Counted from the first letter of the stretch, positions 9,165 to 19,513 are shown. The stretch: 40,014 nt of DNA from Nitrospirota bacterium (GCA_013152195.1 JAADGU010000012.1:1-40014), one strand, 5' to 3'. Program-made: numbers and translations. Notes: generated by a model from the sequence alone, not told the origin.

Positions 9165-10033
9165 TGGGGCTGAATTCCGGCAGGGTGAGGCCTGCAGATG
9201 CCATTACTGTAATCTTTGTCGCGCTCTTTGCCCTGTTGACCGTGATTTATTACGGCTCTATTGAATCTGCCGATAAACTGCTTGTTACATATATCTCGTT
9301 GCTGTTCATTCAATTGATCCTTATCAGGTATGCTCCTGAACGCGGGTTCTGGAAATTATTTCATGACATTGTCTTTCCTGTGATAGCCGTGTTCCTTGCA
9401 TTTGACAGCATGACAGAGCTCGTGCCGGGAGTAAACCCCGGGGATATTGATTACCTGCTCATACGGGCGGACTACTGGTTATTGGGGGGCTACCCCACGG
9501 TCTGGCTTGAAAGGGTGGTGAATCCCTATCTTACAGAGATACTGCAGTTGGCCTATACAAGCTATTATTTTCTTCCGGTTATTCTCGGGATCGTCCTCAG
9601 GATAAAGAAGAAAGAGACCGAGTTCAATGACGGCCTGGTCTTTATTCTCCTCTGCTTTTATCTGTCCTACGTCGGATACGTACTCTTTCCTGCACTTGGT
9701 CCGAGGTATACGATGAACCACCTCCAGTCAATTCCCCTTGAGGGCAAGCTGCTTTTTGAGAAGATATACGGTATACTCAATAGCATTGAAGGCATAAAGA
9801 GGGACGCCTTTCCAAGCGGTCACACAGCAGTAACCCTGGTAGTTCTGCACCTTGCATTCCGTTATGAAAAGAGGCTTTTTTATATCTATCTGCCGATAAC
9901 ACTCCTGCTCTTGTTTGCTACAGTCTATTGCCGGTATCACTATGTTGTGGATGTACTGGGGGGAATTGTACTGTATGTGATAACCATGATATCCGGGCAA
10001 TGGTTTATCAGGTCCTTCCGTAAATTCAGTTAA
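9164..10033 (+). CDS. PAP2-superfamily membrane phosphatase
   Basis: Multi-TM. KRDAFPSGHTAVT and CRYHYVVDVLGG match PAP2 motifs 2 and 3. ATG 9164 overlaps the upstream stop (TAATG). The 9086 start in the ORF track lies inside the upstream gene. Confidence 0.75.
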   Translation: MGLNSGRVRPADAITVIFVALFALLTVIYYGSIESADKLLVTYISLLFIQLILIRYAPERGFWKLFHDIVFPVIAVFLAFDSMTELVPGVNPGDIDYLLIRADYWLLGGYPTVWLERVVNPYLTEILQLAYTSYYFLPVILGIVLRIKKKETEFNDGLVFILLCFYLSYVGYVLFPALGPRYTMNHLQSIPLEGKLLFEKIYGILNSIEGIKRDAFPSGHTAVTLVVLHLAFRYEKRLFYIYLPITLLLLFATVYCRYHYVVDVLGGIVLYVITMISGQWFIRSFRKFS

Positions 10034-10144
10034 TTCCCTAGCCTTGTTTTACATCCTTGACTGGTTCAGGTTAATATATATGTCCGTGTTTATTTGAAGA
10101 TGCACAATTTGTCGTTCAAGTGAGGAGTAAACAAAGTTAACGTA

Positions 10145-10870
10145 ATGGAAGAACGAATTCAAAAGATACTCGCAAAAATGGGCATTGCCTCAAGGCGCAA
10201 GGCGGAAGAACTCATCCTTGAGGGCAGGGTGGTTGTAAACGGAAAGGCAGCTGTTCTCGGGATGAAGGTGGATCCTGAGAGGGACCACATCAGGGTTGAC
10301 GGCAAGCTTTTGCGCGGGTCTGAGCCAAAGGTCTACATCATACTTAACAAACCTCCCGGTGTTCTTACAACCCTTGAAGACCCCGAAGGCAGGCCAACGG
10401 TGCAGCAACTTCTCGGGAGGCTGAAGTTCAGGGTATACCCTGTCGGGAGGCTTGATTTCAATTCAGAGGGATTGCTGCTGCTGACAAATGACGGAGATCT
10501 TGCCTACAGGATAATCCATCCTTCCCACAAGATACCCAAGACGTATCTTGTAAAGATAAAAGGGGTGATAGAGGAGAAAGATATCAGCAAGCTGCGCAAG
10601 GGCATAAGGCTTGATGATGGCATGACTGCACCCGCAAAGATAAAGAGGGTCCGGGCGCCCAGGGCAGAGAAGAACTCATGGCTTGAAGTCACGATTTATG
10701 AAGGCAGGAAGAGGCAGATAAGGAGGATGTTTGAGCGGATGGGGCATACTGTGCTGAAACTCAGGAGGATCAGGATTGATGGTCTTGGTCTTGGGGAGCT
10801 CAGGACAGGACAGTGGAGATATCTGGATGAGGTTGAGGTGAAGAAACTGAAGAAGAGTCTTAAAATGTAA
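10145..10870 (+). CDS. rluB: 23S rRNA pseudouridine synthase, RsuA/RluB family
   Basis: N-terminal S4 domain (RIQKILAKMGIASRRKAEELI) and the catalytic block GRLDFNSEGLLLLTNDGDL. Confidence 0.88.
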   Translation: MEERIQKILAKMGIASRRKAEELILEGRVVVNGKAAVLGMKVDPERDHIRVDGKLLRGSEPKVYIILNKPPGVLTTLEDPEGRPTVQQLLGRLKFRVYPVGRLDFNSEGLLLLTNDGDLAYRIIHPSHKIPKTYLVKIKGVIEEKDISKLRKGIRLDDGMTAPAKIKRVRAPRAEKNSWLEVTIYEGRKRQIRRMFERMGHTVLKLRRIRIDGLGLGELRTGQWRYLDEVEVKKLKKSLKM

Positions 10871-10903
10871 AGTAAAAAGTGGATTCAGAGATGAACGGTT
10901 GTT

Positions 10904-11035
10904 GGAAACGATAAGATAGAGTCTTCACTCATTCTCGATGGACATCGTGTCCATCTCCGAGGGAATTTCACAATTCACCATCCGGGTGAATTTACTGCGA
11001 AATTAAAACCGTTCAGACTCTATCATATCGCTTCC
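10904..11035. repeat. structured intergenic element, copy 1 (21-bp closing stem, two inner stem-loops)
   Basis: Shares the blocks ATAGAGT, TTCACTCATTCTCG, CTCCGAGG, AATTT, TCACCATCCGGGTGA, AAACCGTTCA and ACTCTAT, in the same order, with 22286-22435. The stems are kept by compensatory changes (see findings). Confidence 0.75.
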
Positions 11036-11168
11036 TTCCCTTGCGAGAGACTTTTTGTCGTTGTATTTGCGTAAAACATAACCGGAGTTATGGAGAGCTG
11101 GAGAATTGGATTTTTCATTGCTCCAATACTCCAATGCCCCATTACTCCATAAAGACTCAGGAGGTATC

Positions 11169-12953
11169 ATGTACAGAGACAGGAATTGCGGAGAGGTTGG
11201 AGAGGCTGACATTGGTAAGGAACTTACCCTTTCGGGCTGGGTCTTCAGGAGACGTGACCATGGGGGGCTGATATTTGTTGACCTGAGGGACAGGAGCGGC
11301 CTTGTGCAGGTGGTATTCAGTCCGGACGTCTCTTCAGAGGCCCATGAGTCAGCCCATCTGCTCCGTTCAGAGTTTGTCATAAAGGTGAGGGGTAAGGTGA
11401 GCAGAAGACCTGAGGGTACGGAGAACCCCGATATCCCGACCGGTGCAGTTGAGCTCTATGCTGAGGAGTTGAATATATTGAGCAGGTCCGAGACACTGCC
11501 TTTTGTGCTGGAAGAGGCAGCGGATGTGTCCGAGTCCCTGAGGTTCAAGTACCGCTATCTCGACCTCAGGAGACAGGAGATGCAGGGGAATCTTGTATTC
11601 AGGCACAGGGTTACAAAGCTCATGCGCGACTATCTTGACAGAGAGGGTTTTATCGAGATAGAGACCCCCATGCTTACAAAGTCAACCCCTGAGGGTGCAA
11701 GGGACTATCTGGTGCCGAGCCGTCTCAATCCGGGCCAATTCTACGCCCTGCCGCAGTCCCCTCAACTCTTCAAGCAGATCCTGATGATGTCAGGGCTTGA
11801 AAGGTATTTTCAGGTCGTAAAGTGTTTCAGGGATGAGGACCTGAGGGCGGACCGTCAGCCCGAGTTTACGCAGGTTGATATGGAGATGTCATTTGTTGAG
11901 CCCGATGATGTGATCTCGGCGATTGAAGGGATGTTGTCCCACCTCTTTAAGGAGACCCTTGGGGTTGAGATAGAGACCCCCATGCTGCGTCTCTCTTACA
12001 GGGATGCAATGGAGCGTTTCGGCTCTGACAAGCCTGATCTCAGGTTTGGCCTGGAGCTCAGGGAGATGGGTGACCTTGCCCGGGAGGGAAGCTTTAAGGT
12101 CTTCCTCTCTGCCCTTGACTCAGGCGGCAGGGTAAAGGCCGTGTGCGGCAAGGGGATGGCCGGGCTCTCAAGAAAGGAGATGGACCTGCTGACGGAAGAG
12201 GTGCAGTCCTTTGGAGCAAAGGGGCTGGCATGGATAAAGATTAAAGACGGGTTTGAATCACCCATAGCGAAGTTTTTCCCTGAAAATGTCCTGAAGGAGA
12301 TGGCCCTGAGGCTTGAGGCAGAGGAGGGCGATATAATGCTCTTTGTGGCAGACAGGGAGGACGTGGTGCTTGATGTCCTTGGCAGGCTGAGGCTTGAGAT
12401 AGCAAGGAGGCAGGGCCTTGTCTCTGATGGCTTCAGGTTTCTCTGGGTTGTCGATTACCCACTGCTTGAGTGGGATGATGAAGGCAACAGGTTTCAGGCA
12501 ATGCACCATCCCTTTACATCACCCGCAGATGCCGATATGGAGAGGATGCTTGGAGAGGACATAAATGATGACCGCAATGGGCTGGCTTCTCTCAGGGCAA
12601 AGGCATATGATATAGTGCTTAACGGTAATGAGATCGGTGGCGGCAGTATACGTATTCACAACCCGGAGGTCCAGAGCAGGATGTTTGATGTCCTCGGGAT
12701 ATCAGAGGAAGAGGCAAGGATGAAATTCGGTTTTCTCCTTGATGCCCTTCGCTTTGGCGCTCCTCCTCACGGGGGTATTGCCCTGGGGCTTGACAGGCTT
12801 GTAATGCTCATGGTTGGCGCAAGCTCTATCAGGGACGTTATAGCCTTTCCCAAGACACAGAAGGCCGTCTGCCTGCTCAGCGGGGCCCCCTCACCAGTGG
12901 ATGAGAGGCAGTTAAAAGACCTTCATATCAAGCTGGACGCAGTCGTGGAGTAA
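11169..12953 (+). CDS. aspS: aspartate--tRNA ligase (class IIb)
   Basis: OB-fold N-terminus [24 protein letters not shown]. Has [26 protein letters not shown] and [11 protein letters not shown] 11169 sits just after AGGAGG (11159-11164). Confidence 0.95.
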   Translation: MYRDRNCGEVGEADIGKELTLSGWVFRRRDHGGLIFVDLRDRSGLVQVVFSPDVSSEAHESAHLLRSEFVIKVRGKVSRRPEGTENPDIPTGAVELYAEELNILSRSETLPFVLEEAADVSESLRFKYRYLDLRRQEMQGNLVFRHRVTKLMRDYLDREGFIEIETPMLTKSTPEGARDYLVPSRLNPGQFYALPQSPQLFKQILMMSGLERYFQVVKCFRDEDLRADRQPEFTQVDMEMSFVEPDDVISAIEGMLSHLFKETLGVEIETPMLRLSYRDAMERFGSDKPDLRFGLELREMGDLAREGSFKVFLSALDSGGRVKAVCGKGMAGLSRKEMDLLTEEVQSFGAKGLAWIKIKDGFESPIAKFFPENVLKEMALRLEAEEGDIMLFVADREDVVLDVLGRLRLEIARRQGLVSDGFRFLWVVDYPLLEWDDEGNRFQAMHHPFTSPADADMERMLGEDINDDRNGLASLRAKAYDIVLNGNEIGGGSIRIHNPEVQSRMFDVLGISEEEARMKFGFLLDALRFGAPPHGGIALGLDRLVMLMVGASSIRDVIAFPKTQKAVCLLSGAPSPVDERQLKDLHIKLDAVVE

Positions 12954-13024
12954 AGCAGTCCTTCTCTTTTTACTTCCGGGATTCTTTCAGCAATTTCCTT
13001 TCGTGGCTCTGAACTATCGTACAC

Positions 13025-13053
13025 TTGATTTTTTTTCAAACATATGTTTTAAT
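13025..13053 (+). promoter_or_regulatory. candidate sigma70 promoter with an embedded 12-bp perfect palindrome (likely TetR operator)
   Basis: TTGATT (13025-13030), 17-nt spacer, TTTAAT (13048-13053). The palindrome AAACATATGTTT at 13038-13049 spans the spacer and -10, 30 nt upstream of the tetR ATG. Confidence 0.45.
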
Positions 13054-13080
13054 TGAACGTATGATTGTCTGGAAGGAATC

Positions 13081-13713
13081 ATGAGCCTGCCCGAGACCAA
13101 AGAGAGAATCCTCGATTCTGCTGAATACCTCTTTGCCCGGAAAGGATTCCACAATACCTCACTCAGGGCCATTACCGGCCGTGCAGCGGTGAACCTGGCG
13201 GCTGTTAATTATCACTTTGGCTCCAAGGAGGCACTCCTTGAGGCTGTTTTCGAAAGGCGGCTCGTGCCGTTGAACAAGGTCCGCCGGAAAAATCTTGAAG
13301 TGGTTCGTGAAACTGCACGTCGTGAGGGGAGACTCCCTGGCGTGGAAGAGTCCCTGCGGGCCTTTATTGAGCCAACGCTTGCCTTTCGTAAATCCGGGAC
13401 AGGGGCGGAAGACTTCATTACACTGGTGGGACGGGCCATGTCCGACCCTGACGATACAGTAAGAAATGTCTTTATACGCCATATTGCACCGTTGTTTTAT
13501 ATGCTCTTTGACATCCTGCGCGAGGCATTGCCGGAGCTCTCTCCGGATATGCTCTTCTGGCGGCTTCAGTTTGCCATTGGTGCCATGGGGCATGCCATCT
13601 GCATGGCAGGAAAAAGTTATTCCTTACCTGAGGGAGTCACGCCTGTCAGTGATGTGGAGTCACTGACAGCCATGCTCCTCGACTTTGTCGTGGCAGGGAT
13701 GGAGAGAGCATGA
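13081..13713 (+). CDS. TetR/AcrR-family transcriptional regulator
   Basis: 210 aa. N-terminal HTH: FARKGFHNTSLRAITGRAAVNLAAVNYHFGSKEAL. First gene of the efflux operon. Confidence 0.9.
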   Translation: MSLPETKERILDSAEYLFARKGFHNTSLRAITGRAAVNLAAVNYHFGSKEALLEAVFERRLVPLNKVRRKNLEVVRETARREGRLPGVEESLRAFIEPTLAFRKSGTGAEDFITLVGRAMSDPDDTVRNVFIRHIAPLFYMLFDILREALPELSPDMLFWRLQFAIGAMGHAICMAGKSYSLPEGVTPVSDVESLTAMLLDFVVAGMERA

Positions 13714-15131
13714 AGGTATGGAGTATAAAGACACCTCTTTTTGTTTTTATAATAATGCTGTCAGCCGGTTGCGCTGTGCACAGCCCCCAGTCTGTATCGC
13801 CCCCGCTCCCTGTTCCGGCATCGTTCAGCGAACAAAACAGCCTTCCGGTGGAGCGCTGGTGGGAAGCCTTTGGGGATGCAGACTTGAATCTCCTCATGGA
13901 GGAGGCCTTTTCAGGTAATCCCGACCTGATGCAGGCATATGAGCGTTTTGAGCAGAGCCGGGCCATATACCGCAGCACCACGGCTGCCCGAAGGCCCTCT
14001 ATTGACCTTCAGGGACAGTGGAGCAGGGAGGATACCCCAAGCTTTTTCGGCAACAACACCGGCAACAGTTATATCCTGTCCCTGGCAGCAGGCTTTGAGC
14101 TGGACCTCTGGCAAAAGCTCAAATCCCGTAGCATGGCTGCCGGTCTTGATATGGAGGCACTCCGTGAAGAGATCAAGACCCTCTACATCAGCCTTTCCGC
14201 CCGGATTGCCGACCTTTATTATCTGGCGGCAGAGCAGCGTGCCCAGCTAAAACTGACGGAACAGACCATTAACTCCTATACAGATATCCTGTCACTGGTT
14301 GAAGGGCGTTACCGGCAGGGGCTGGTACCCGCACTTGATGTTTACCAGGCCCGGCAGAACCTTTTCAGGGTCAGGGCCCGCAGGGCTGTTCTTGAGTCTT
14401 CGCTGAGGGTGACGGAGCACGCCCTCTCTGTTGCCCTGGGCCATTATCCCGACAATAAAACAACGGGTGGTCTGATTGAATTGCCTGAGACTCCTGCAGC
14501 CTTCCCTTCAGGTCTCCCCTCAGAGCTTCTTTCACGGCGTCCTGATGTCCGTGCAGCCTTTTTACGCCTCAAGGCGAGTGACGCCAGGGTGGCGGTGGCT
14601 GTTGCCGAGCGTTTTCCCTCTTTTAACCTGCTTGGCAGTTACGGCACATCAAGCTTTGTTTTCAGTACAGGTGACATTGTCGGGAGTTTCTGGAAGGTCC
14701 TTGTAAACCTGTCACAGCCGTTACTGGATGGTGGCAGGCGCAGCGCAGAGGTGGACCGTTCAAGGGCCGTGTTCCGTGAAAACCTTGCCCACTACCATAA
14801 GGCCGTCTTAAAAGCATTCCAGGAAGTGGAGGATGCCCTGGTAAGGAACCGCACTTCTGAAGAGCGTATCACGCAGTTGCAGGAGCAGGCTGAGGCGGCA
14901 GGGTCGGCACTGCGCCTTTCGCAGGAGCGCTATATGCAGGGTCTTTCCGGATATCTTCCGGTACTGATTGCCCAGACACTCTATTTTGATACGCAGAGTC
15001 AACTCCTGACGGCCCGCCGCCAGCTTATATCCGACCGTGTCACCCTGGCAAGGGCACTCGGAGGGGAATGGATGGAGCATGAAATACAGGAGCGCTTGAC
15101 CGTCAATAATCATAAAGGAGGGGGCTCATGA
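13710..15131 (+). CDS. efflux outer-membrane factor lipoprotein (NodT/TolC family)
   Basis: Signal peptide with lipobox LSAGC. Two-repeat OMF pattern. ATGA overlaps with both neighbours. Confidence 0.88.
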   Translation: MKVWSIKTPLFVFIIMLSAGCAVHSPQSVSPPLPVPASFSEQNSLPVERWWEAFGDADLNLLMEEAFSGNPDLMQAYERFEQSRAIYRSTTAARRPSIDLQGQWSREDTPSFFGNNTGNSYILSLAAGFELDLWQKLKSRSMAAGLDMEALREEIKTLYISLSARIADLYYLAAEQRAQLKLTEQTINSYTDILSLVEGRYRQGLVPALDVYQARQNLFRVRARRAVLESSLRVTEHALSVALGHYPDNKTTGGLIELPETPAAFPSGLPSELLSRRPDVRAAFLRLKASDARVAVAVAERFPSFNLLGSYGTSSFVFSTGDIVGSFWKVLVNLSQPLLDGGRRSAEVDRSRAVFRENLAHYHKAVLKAFQEVEDALVRNRTSEERITQLQEQAEAAGSALRLSQERYMQGLSGYLPVLIAQTLYFDTQSQLLTARRQLISDRVTLARALGGEWMEHEIQERLTVNNHKGGGS

Positions 15132-16330
15132 GTTTCAGGAGTAAAGTGTTCAGGATAGTTATACCGGTTATTATACTGATAGCAGGCTTTGTTGTCATGC
15201 GGCTGCTGGTGCTGTCCCGCCCTGCTCCTCAGAAGGAGATCAGGAGTAATCCCGGTGCCCTGGTTGAGGTCCTGACGGTCAGCAGGAAGGACCATCAGGT
15301 TCAGGTCATTGGAACGGGTACTGTGCAGGCGAGGAGGGAGGCAAGTATCACTCCCCGTGTGAGCGGCCGGATTACGTATATTGCCCCTGCATTTATTGCC
15401 GGAGGTTTTTTTTCCAGTGGAGACCTCCTATTTGAGATAGAGGCTGTTGACTACCAATTGGCTGTAGTCCGTGCCCGGGCTGTTCAGGCGCAGGCCGAAC
15501 TCGAGCTTGCCAAGGTGGAGAGCAGTGCCCTGATTGCCCGCCGGGAGTGGGAAGGACTGGCAACGGATAGTCTGGCAACGAATAAGAACGAAAAACCCAA
15601 TCCCCTGGTCCTCTACGAGCCTCAGATAAAGAAGGCCCGGGCTGATGTGGCAGCGGCCGGGGCTGTTTTAAAGCAGGCTGAACTTGATCTGCAGCGTACC
15701 CGCATATATGCACCTTTTGATTGCCGGGTTCGCTCTGAAGGGGTTGAGGCAGGACAGTATGTGCGTGCCGGCAGCAGTGTTGCTGTGGTGGCCGGGACAG
15801 AAACGGCCGAGATTGTTGTTCCCCTTTCCCTGGAGGATTTGCAGTGGTTGCGTATCCCCCGGCAGGGTTCTGAAGCTAAGGGTTCTCCTGCTAAAGTGAG
15901 AATCAGTGTTGGGAAAAAATCCTTCAGCTGGCAGGGCCGGGTGGTCCGTTCACTGGGGGAGGTTGATCCCAAAGGGCGTATGGCGCGGGTTGTGGTGGCT
16001 GTGGATGATCCCTATTACCTGAAAACCCGGAGAAATAATGATGAGCCTGACCTGGAGATGGGCATGTTTGTGGAGGTCACATTCTCCGGTGAGATACTGA
16101 CCGGTGTAGTTCCCGTTCCGGCAAGTGCCCTTCGCGAAAATAATACAGTCTGGGTTGTAAACAAAGAGGACAGACTCAATATCCGGCCGGTGACTGTGGT
16201 GCGGCGGGAGCAGCAGAGAGTGATTATCAGTGATGGTCTGAAGGAGGGGGAACGTCTGGTACTCACAAGCATTTCGGGGGCGGCTGAGGGTATGAAACTG
16301 CGGCTCCTGGATGAGGGGGAAGGACGATGA
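15128..16330 (+). CDS. RND efflux periplasmic adaptor (membrane fusion protein)
   Basis: N-terminal TM segment, coiled-coil hairpin (AQAELELAK ... AELDLQRTRIYAPFDCRV) and a C-terminal beta domain. Confidence 0.88.
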   Translation: MSFRSKVFRIVIPVIILIAGFVVMRLLVLSRPAPQKEIRSNPGALVEVLTVSRKDHQVQVIGTGTVQARREASITPRVSGRITYIAPAFIAGGFFSSGDLLFEIEAVDYQLAVVRARAVQAQAELELAKVESSALIARREWEGLATDSLATNKNEKPNPLVLYEPQIKKARADVAAAGAVLKQAELDLQRTRIYAPFDCRVRSEGVEAGQYVRAGSSVAVVAGTETAEIVVPLSLEDLQWLRIPRQGSEAKGSPAKVRISVGKKSFSWQGRVVRSLGEVDPKGRMARVVVAVDDPYYLKTRRNNDEPDLEMGMFVEVTFSGEILTGVVPVPASALRENNTVWVVNKEDRLNIRPVTVVRREQQRVIISDGLKEGERLVLTSISGAAEGMKLRLLDEGEGR

Positions 16331-19300
16331 GAGGAGCAGTCAAGTGGATGGCCAGCAATCATGTGGCCGCCAACCTGCTCATGATAATCCTGGTGGCCGG
16401 TGGTCTGATCAGGATATCTTCGATTAAACAGGAGGTCTTTCCGGAGATCAGCCTGGACACCATTCAGGTCACCGTGACTTATCCCGGTGCCGGACCCGAG
16501 GAGGTGGAAGAGGGGATACTTCTTCAGATTGAAGAGAACCTTACGGGTGTGGAGGGGATAAAGGAGATCAGGTCTGTGGCCAAGGAGGGTGTTGGTACGG
16601 TCAGGGCCGAGCTTTTGCCAGGGGAAGACCCTGATCTGAAGCTTCAGGAGATAAAGAGCGAGGTGGACCGGATTATCACCTTTCCGGTGGATGCCGAGAA
16701 ACCAGTGATTACCAAGCTCCTTAACCGCTTTGAGGTGATCTCGGTCGTGGTCTACGGTGATGCCTCGGACAGGGCTCTGAGGGAGCAGGCCGAGATTATC
16801 CGTGAAGAACTGCTTGCCCATCCGGAGATTACCCAGGTTGAACTCAGTGGTGTGCGGCCTTACGAGATTGCGGTTGAGATACCGGAGGAAAATCTTCGGC
16901 GCTACAATGTAACGATGGAGCAGGTGGCTCAACAGGTGAGACTGGCCTCCATTGACCTGCCGGGAGGTACTGTCAGGACCCGGGGCTCCGAGATCCTTCT
17001 GCGCACAAAGGGCCGCCGGCATTTCGGGCCTGAATATGCTGATATAACCGTGCTCACGAGGCCGGATGGCACGAGGGTAAGGCTTGGAGATATAGCAGAA
17101 GTAAAGGATGCCTTTGCCGATACCGGGATGTTTGCCAGGTTTGACGGTAAACCCGCAGCCATGGTGAAGGTTTTTCGGGTAGGGGATCAGAAACCGATCA
17201 GGATCTCCGGGGTTGTAAAGAAGTATGTGGAGCAGAAGAGAGGCTCCCTGCCGGATTCATTGAAGATTGCCCCCTGGAACGACACCTCGGAGCTCCTTCA
17301 CAGCCGCATGAATCTGCTGGAAAAAAACGCCTTTCTCGGTCTGACCCTGGTGATTATTATTCTCGGGCTCTTTCTCGAGATCCGGCTGGCCCTTTGGGTT
17401 ATGCTCGGCATTCCCATATCCTTTCTCGGAGCTTTGCTCCTCTTTCCTTACCTGGACGTATCCATAAACATGATATCCCTGTTTGCCTTTATCCTGGCAC
17501 TGGGAATCCTGGTGGATGATGCCATCATAGTAGGAGAAAATATCTATGAGCAGCGTCAGAAGGGAAAACCCTATCTTCAGGCAGCGATAGATGGTGCCCT
17601 TGAAGTGGCTGTTCCTGTAACGTTTTCGGTCCTGACCACTGTAGCGGCCTTTCTTCCCCTGGTCTTTGTCAGCGGCATGATGGGGAAGTTTATCAGGGTT
17701 ATTCCGCTTGTGGTGATCTCTCTGATGCTCCTGTCACTTATAGAATCCCTTTTTGTGCTGCCTGCCCATCTGGCCATGGGAGGGCCGCGTCCGGTGTCGC
17801 GCGGCCTGATCGGTGCTATCGACCGGGTTCGTACCGGTTTTGGCAGGAAGCTTGACAGGTTTATAGCCGGTCCATACCAGCGTTTCCTGAGTCTCTGTCT
17901 GAGAAACCGTTATACCACTGTGGCGGCAGGTATTGCCGTCCTGCTGTTAACCGTGGGGATTGTCAAGGGGGGAATTCTGAAGTTTCATTTCATGCCTGTT
18001 GTGGACGGTGATGTGATTACCGTTTCTCTGAAGATGCCTCCCGGAACACCTGTGGAGGAAACAGCGAGGGTGCAGAAATTCCTTGAAGAGAAGGCCATGG
18101 AGGTGGTGGCTGAGTATGACAGGCAACGTCCCGGGGGCGATTCCATCCTGCGGGATGTATATGCCGTGGTGGGAGGTACCATGATTGAGGCAGGGAATGT
18201 GGGGTCGAGTGTTGATTCGAGGACCCATCTCTCTGATATGGCCCTTTTTCTGAAACAGAGCGAGGAGCGGGGCATTCCGGCAGTGGAGATTGCAAACCGT
18301 TGGCGCGCAAAGGTGGGTGAGGTCCCGGGTGTGGAATCGATTGTTTTTACGTCCAATGTTGTTCGGATGGGCGCCAATATAGACATACAGCTTGCCCACG
18401 AGGATTTTGGTGTGCTTGACCTTGCCTCGGAGCGGATTAAGGAGGCCCTGGCCCAATACCCGGGTGTCGGGGATATAGAGGATAATTATTTTAAGGGGAA
18501 ACGGGAACTCAAGTTCCGCCTTACCCCTGAGGCCCGAACCCTCGGGGTTACGGAGGAGGACCTGGGCCGGCAGATCCGGGGGGCCTTTTACGGGGCCGAG
18601 GCCCTGAGATTCCAGCGGGGGCGCAATGAGGTCAAGGTCATTGTCCGATACCCTGAAGAGGATCGAAAGAGCCTTTGGGACCTGAAATCAATGAGGATCC
18701 GTACTCCGGATGGAGGGGAGCTTCCCCTGATCAGGGCTGCCTATATTATGGAGGGACGGGGTTTTAGTGAAATCAACCGTACAGACAGGAAACGGGTAAT
18801 CAATGTCACGGCAAGCGTGGATGACAAGACAGCCAATGCCGAGGAGATACTCTCTGATCTCAAACAGGGCATTCTCAGCAGGCTGGCCAATGATTATCCG
18901 GGCCTGACCTTTGATATGGGAGGAGAAGAAAAGGAGCGGATAGAATCCATGGGGAGTATGGTTCAGGGGTTTATGCTTGCCCTGCTCGGCATGTATGCCC
19001 TGCTTGCCATCCCTTTTAAAAGTTACAGCCAGCCCCTGCTGATAATGGCTGCTATTCCTCGGTATGGTGGGCGCTGTTGCCGGGCATCTGATAATGGGGT
19101 TCAAGCTGAGCATCCTCAGCATATTTGGTATAGTTGCCCTCTCCGGGGTTGTTGTTAATGATTCACTCCTTCTGATTGACAAGGTGAACAGGAACCGTCA
19201 GGAAGGTGCTGAACTCTTTCAGGCCGTGATTGATGGCTGCAAGCGCCGGTTCCGGCCGATCCTCCTGACGTCTCTAACAACATTTTTCGGACTGATGCCC

Positions 19301-19513
19301 ATGATACTGGAGACGAGCGTACAGGCCCAGTTCCTCATCCCCATGGCGATCAGCCTTGCTTTCGGGATACTCTTTGCTACAGGGATTACCCTGCTGCTTA
19401 TCCCCTCTCTTTATCTTGTCCTGGAAGATGTGCATAAACTCTTCAGGCTGCGCTCCATTCATACAGCTTCCCGCAATGAAATTGAAGAGAGTGAAGGTGC
19501 TCCCCGGTCATAA
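16327..19513 (+). pseudogene. RND efflux permease (AcrB/HAE1-like) interrupted by one frameshift near its C-terminal TM bundle
   Basis: ORF 16327-19158 is a typical RND permease up to ...PLLIMAAIP. The conserved continuation LGMVGAVAGHLIMGFKLSILSIFGIVALSGVVVNDSLLLID... is in the +1 frame (ORF 19064-19513). Confidence 0.85.

Noticed and set aside
10871-11168. T-box or other riboswitch upstream of aspS
   Set aside because: I found no T-box consensus (AAnnGGGTGGTACCGCG-like) and no terminator/antiterminator pair with a T-run. The same element also occurs upstream of a gene that does not encode a tRNA synthetase.
11003-11380. 125-aa minus ORF, and the 11106 TTG extension of aspS
   Set aside because: The minus ORF runs antisense across the aspS start and into the structured element. 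The extension adds 21 residues with no SD, whereas ATG 11169 has AGGAGG.
16015-17022. 335-aa minus-strand ORF
   Set aside because: It lies entirely antisense to the clearly recognisable MFP/RND genes. The product is Pro/Arg/Leu/His-rich and low in complexity, with no start context. Long antisense ORFs like this are typical opposite strongly biased coding sequence.
17947-19182. Several 97-169 aa minus-strand ORFs (17947-18456, 17985-18386, 18017-18310, 18688-19182)
   Set aside because: All lie antisense within the RND permease, overlap one another in different frames, and have skewed Pro/Arg/His/Ser composition.
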